This document shows, in pieces, positions 49,560-50,904 of a DNA stretch of 50,904 bases. Under the pieces are notes generated by a model, which was not told the origin of the DNA, searched no databases, and worked only from the letters and a program-made list of their open reading frames with translations. Made by a program: the position numbers and the translations under genes. Every line of letters starts with the position of its first letter. Position 1 is the first letter of the stretch. The stretch covers positions 1 through 50,904 of the forward strand of contig JAIPJA010000004.1 of assembly GCA_021734405.1 (NCBI GenBank), given 5' to 3'. This DNA comes from Minisyncoccota bacterium. GTDB taxonomy: Bacteria; Patescibacteriota; Patescibacteriia; Patescibacteriales; UBA12465.

Positions 49560-49615
49560 CTTGCCAAAAATGGTTTAAGCATGATATTATTTAACTAATT
49601 AAAATAGATTCTTTA

Positions 49616-50704
49616 GGTTTAATGGTCAAAAATGGTTGGTGAAAAACAGGTTTTATGCTGTAATAATAGTATTAATATTAACATCAATTTAAACTTGTTT
49701 AACTCTATGACTATTTTTTTAAAAGAATTGTCCAGTTTGTAGGACTAATAAATGGTTAATAAAGTGGGGGATAAGAGATAATCGACAACGATTTAAATGT
49801 CAAAAATGTTGTCGATTTTTTGTTTGCAAAATTAAAAGTAATTCCATTAATAGACAAAGAATATGGTTTAAAAAGTGGGTATTTAAAAAAGATACCTTAG
49901 AAGATATAGCTAAAGATAAAAAATGTTCTGTTAGCACTATTCAAAGATTATTTAAAAACTATTTAGAAAGCCCACCAGTTCCACAAGTTAAAGAAAATAA
50001 TTGTAGTTATTTAATGATAGACGGAACCTATTTTAGTGATTTTTGTCAGTTAAACTATTTTGATAATGATTTAAAATATTTGCAATATTTCGACATAGTT
50101 AAAAAAGAAAACTATCTAGACTACAAGATGGGCTTAGAGTTATTAAAGAAGGCAGGGTTACAAGTTTCTAGTATTACCTGTGATGGCCATAAAGGGCTAC
50201 TGAACGCTATTTCTGAGATTTTCCCCAATACTACTATACAACGTTGCGTAGTTCATATAATTAGAATGAGTAATATATATTTAAGACAAAAACCTAAATA
50301 CCCAGTTGCTATTGAACTCAAAGAAATAGTTAAAAAACTTAGTCTAGTAAATAGCTATGATGAGAAGGAAATGTGGATTCAATCATTTAAAAACTGGGAA
50401 CAAAAATATTATCATTTTTTACAAGAAAAAACTGAACATATCTCTGGCAGAAAAAGATATACCCACAGACTACTTAGAAGAACCAGATCACTTATCTCTC
50501 ATGCTATGCCTAATTTATTTCACTATCTAGATGATAGAAAAATACTTAAATCAAACAATGGTTTAGAGTCTAGATTTTTTTATTTAAAAAATAACCTCCG
50601 AACACATAGAGGCTTATCTAGAAAACATACAAAAAACTTTCTTAGCTGGTATTCATATTTTAAATATAGGGGTTAAATTACCAACCATTTTTGACCATTA
50701 AACC
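49616..50704 (+). mobile_element. IS256-family insertion sequence (Zn-ribbon variant), 1089 bp
   Basis: Perfect 25-bp terminal inverted repeats: GGTTTAATGGTCAAAAATGGTTGGT (49616-49640) and its reverse complement at 50680-50704, enclosing a Mutator-type DDE transposase. Confidence 0.9.
49707..50676 (+). CDS. IS256/Mutator-like transposase; ATG is out of frame by +1 at T7-A4 (49714-49724)
   Basis: Frame is open from 49723: KNCPVC..WG..RQRFKCQKC (Zn ribbon), an HTH-like segment, IDGTYF, TCDGHKGL, QRCVVH, SNNGLES. Joining ATG 49707 to this frame gives 322 aa. Confidence 0.8.
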
Positions 50705-50796
50705 TTAATTGACAAATTTTCTGTCAATATTAGACTAATTATGGTATTATTTTAATAACTCTAAAAACCCGCATTCCACCCCCAAGTGCAACTTTT

Positions 50797-50822
50797 ACAT
50801 CCTCAATTAAGGATGTTTTTTT
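50797..50822 (+). terminator. Orphan intrinsic terminator
   Basis: ACATCCT 50797-50803 / AGGATGT 50810-50816 followed by a T tract. Confidence 0.55.
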
Positions 50823-50904
50823 GTTATTTATCTATTAAAAGTTCGTTTTCTACCATAACCTCTAATGGGGTATAGTAGTTTAATGATTTTCTAGGTTTAC
50901 TATT

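Larger units (their letters stand above)
48549..49615 (+). repeat. Tandem ~525-bp duplicated unit (SD-lipoprotein-antiSD-terminator-promoter)
   Basis: AAATAGATTCTTTA recurs at 48549, 49081 and 49602 (periods 532 and 521 bp); the downstream flanks are near-identical. Confidence 0.9.

Noticed and set aside
48523-49582. Minus-strand ORFs 48523-48765, 49078-49341 and 49289-49582
   Set aside because: They are antisense to lipoprotein genes that have SD, lipobox and terminators. The antisense frame after the reverse SD closes after 15 codons in copy 1, so it is not conserved between copies.
48549-49615. Integron cassette array or CRISPR
   Set aside because: The repeated hairpins are terminators with U-tracts and lack RYYYAAC/GTTRRRY attC cores. 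No integrase, cas gene or short repeat-spacer periodicity is seen in the window.
472-50676. Alternative genetic code (UGA=Gly, as in Gracilibacteria/Absconditabacteria)
   Set aside because: Long genes are uninterrupted in code 11, and TGA at 48977-48979 aligns with TAA in the paralog.

Overview
AT-rich bacterial chromosome segment in genetic code 11, most likely Patescibacteria/CPR (Parcubacteria-like). This is inferred from SD-less native genes, a stand-alone short rpoB-rpoC, a VirB2/TrbC-like pilin fused to a Cys-rich domain and a giant Cys-rich surface protein. Housekeeping genes are rpoB, rpoC, tyrS, lepA, recJ, rnhA, xth, leuS, rsmA and murJ; fermentative genes are a four-subunit pyruvate:ferredoxin oxidoreductase and an ADP-forming acetate-CoA ligase. 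The most striking element is a ~9 kb histidine-centred locus directly after rpoC (7901-16839). It holds a urocanate hydratase frameshifted at a G7 run, a YerC/HisR TrpR-family repressor with a palindromic operator over its own -10, a CntK-like histidine racemase, a GNAT, a VanX-like D,D-dipeptidase, an atypical tRNA-His(GUG) without the G-1:C73 identity pair, a eukaryote/alphaproteobacteria-like HisRS, a histidine ammonia-lyase with a Ser-Ser-Gly MIO triad, and an S66 LD-carboxypeptidase/MccF-like peptidase. This may be an undescribed D/L-histidine salvage, detoxification or tRNA-linked system. The right end has two tandem lipoprotein units with SD/anti-SD inverted flanks and an IS256-family element with perfect 25-bp terminal inverted repeats. 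All calls come from motif recognition by eye; no searches were run.
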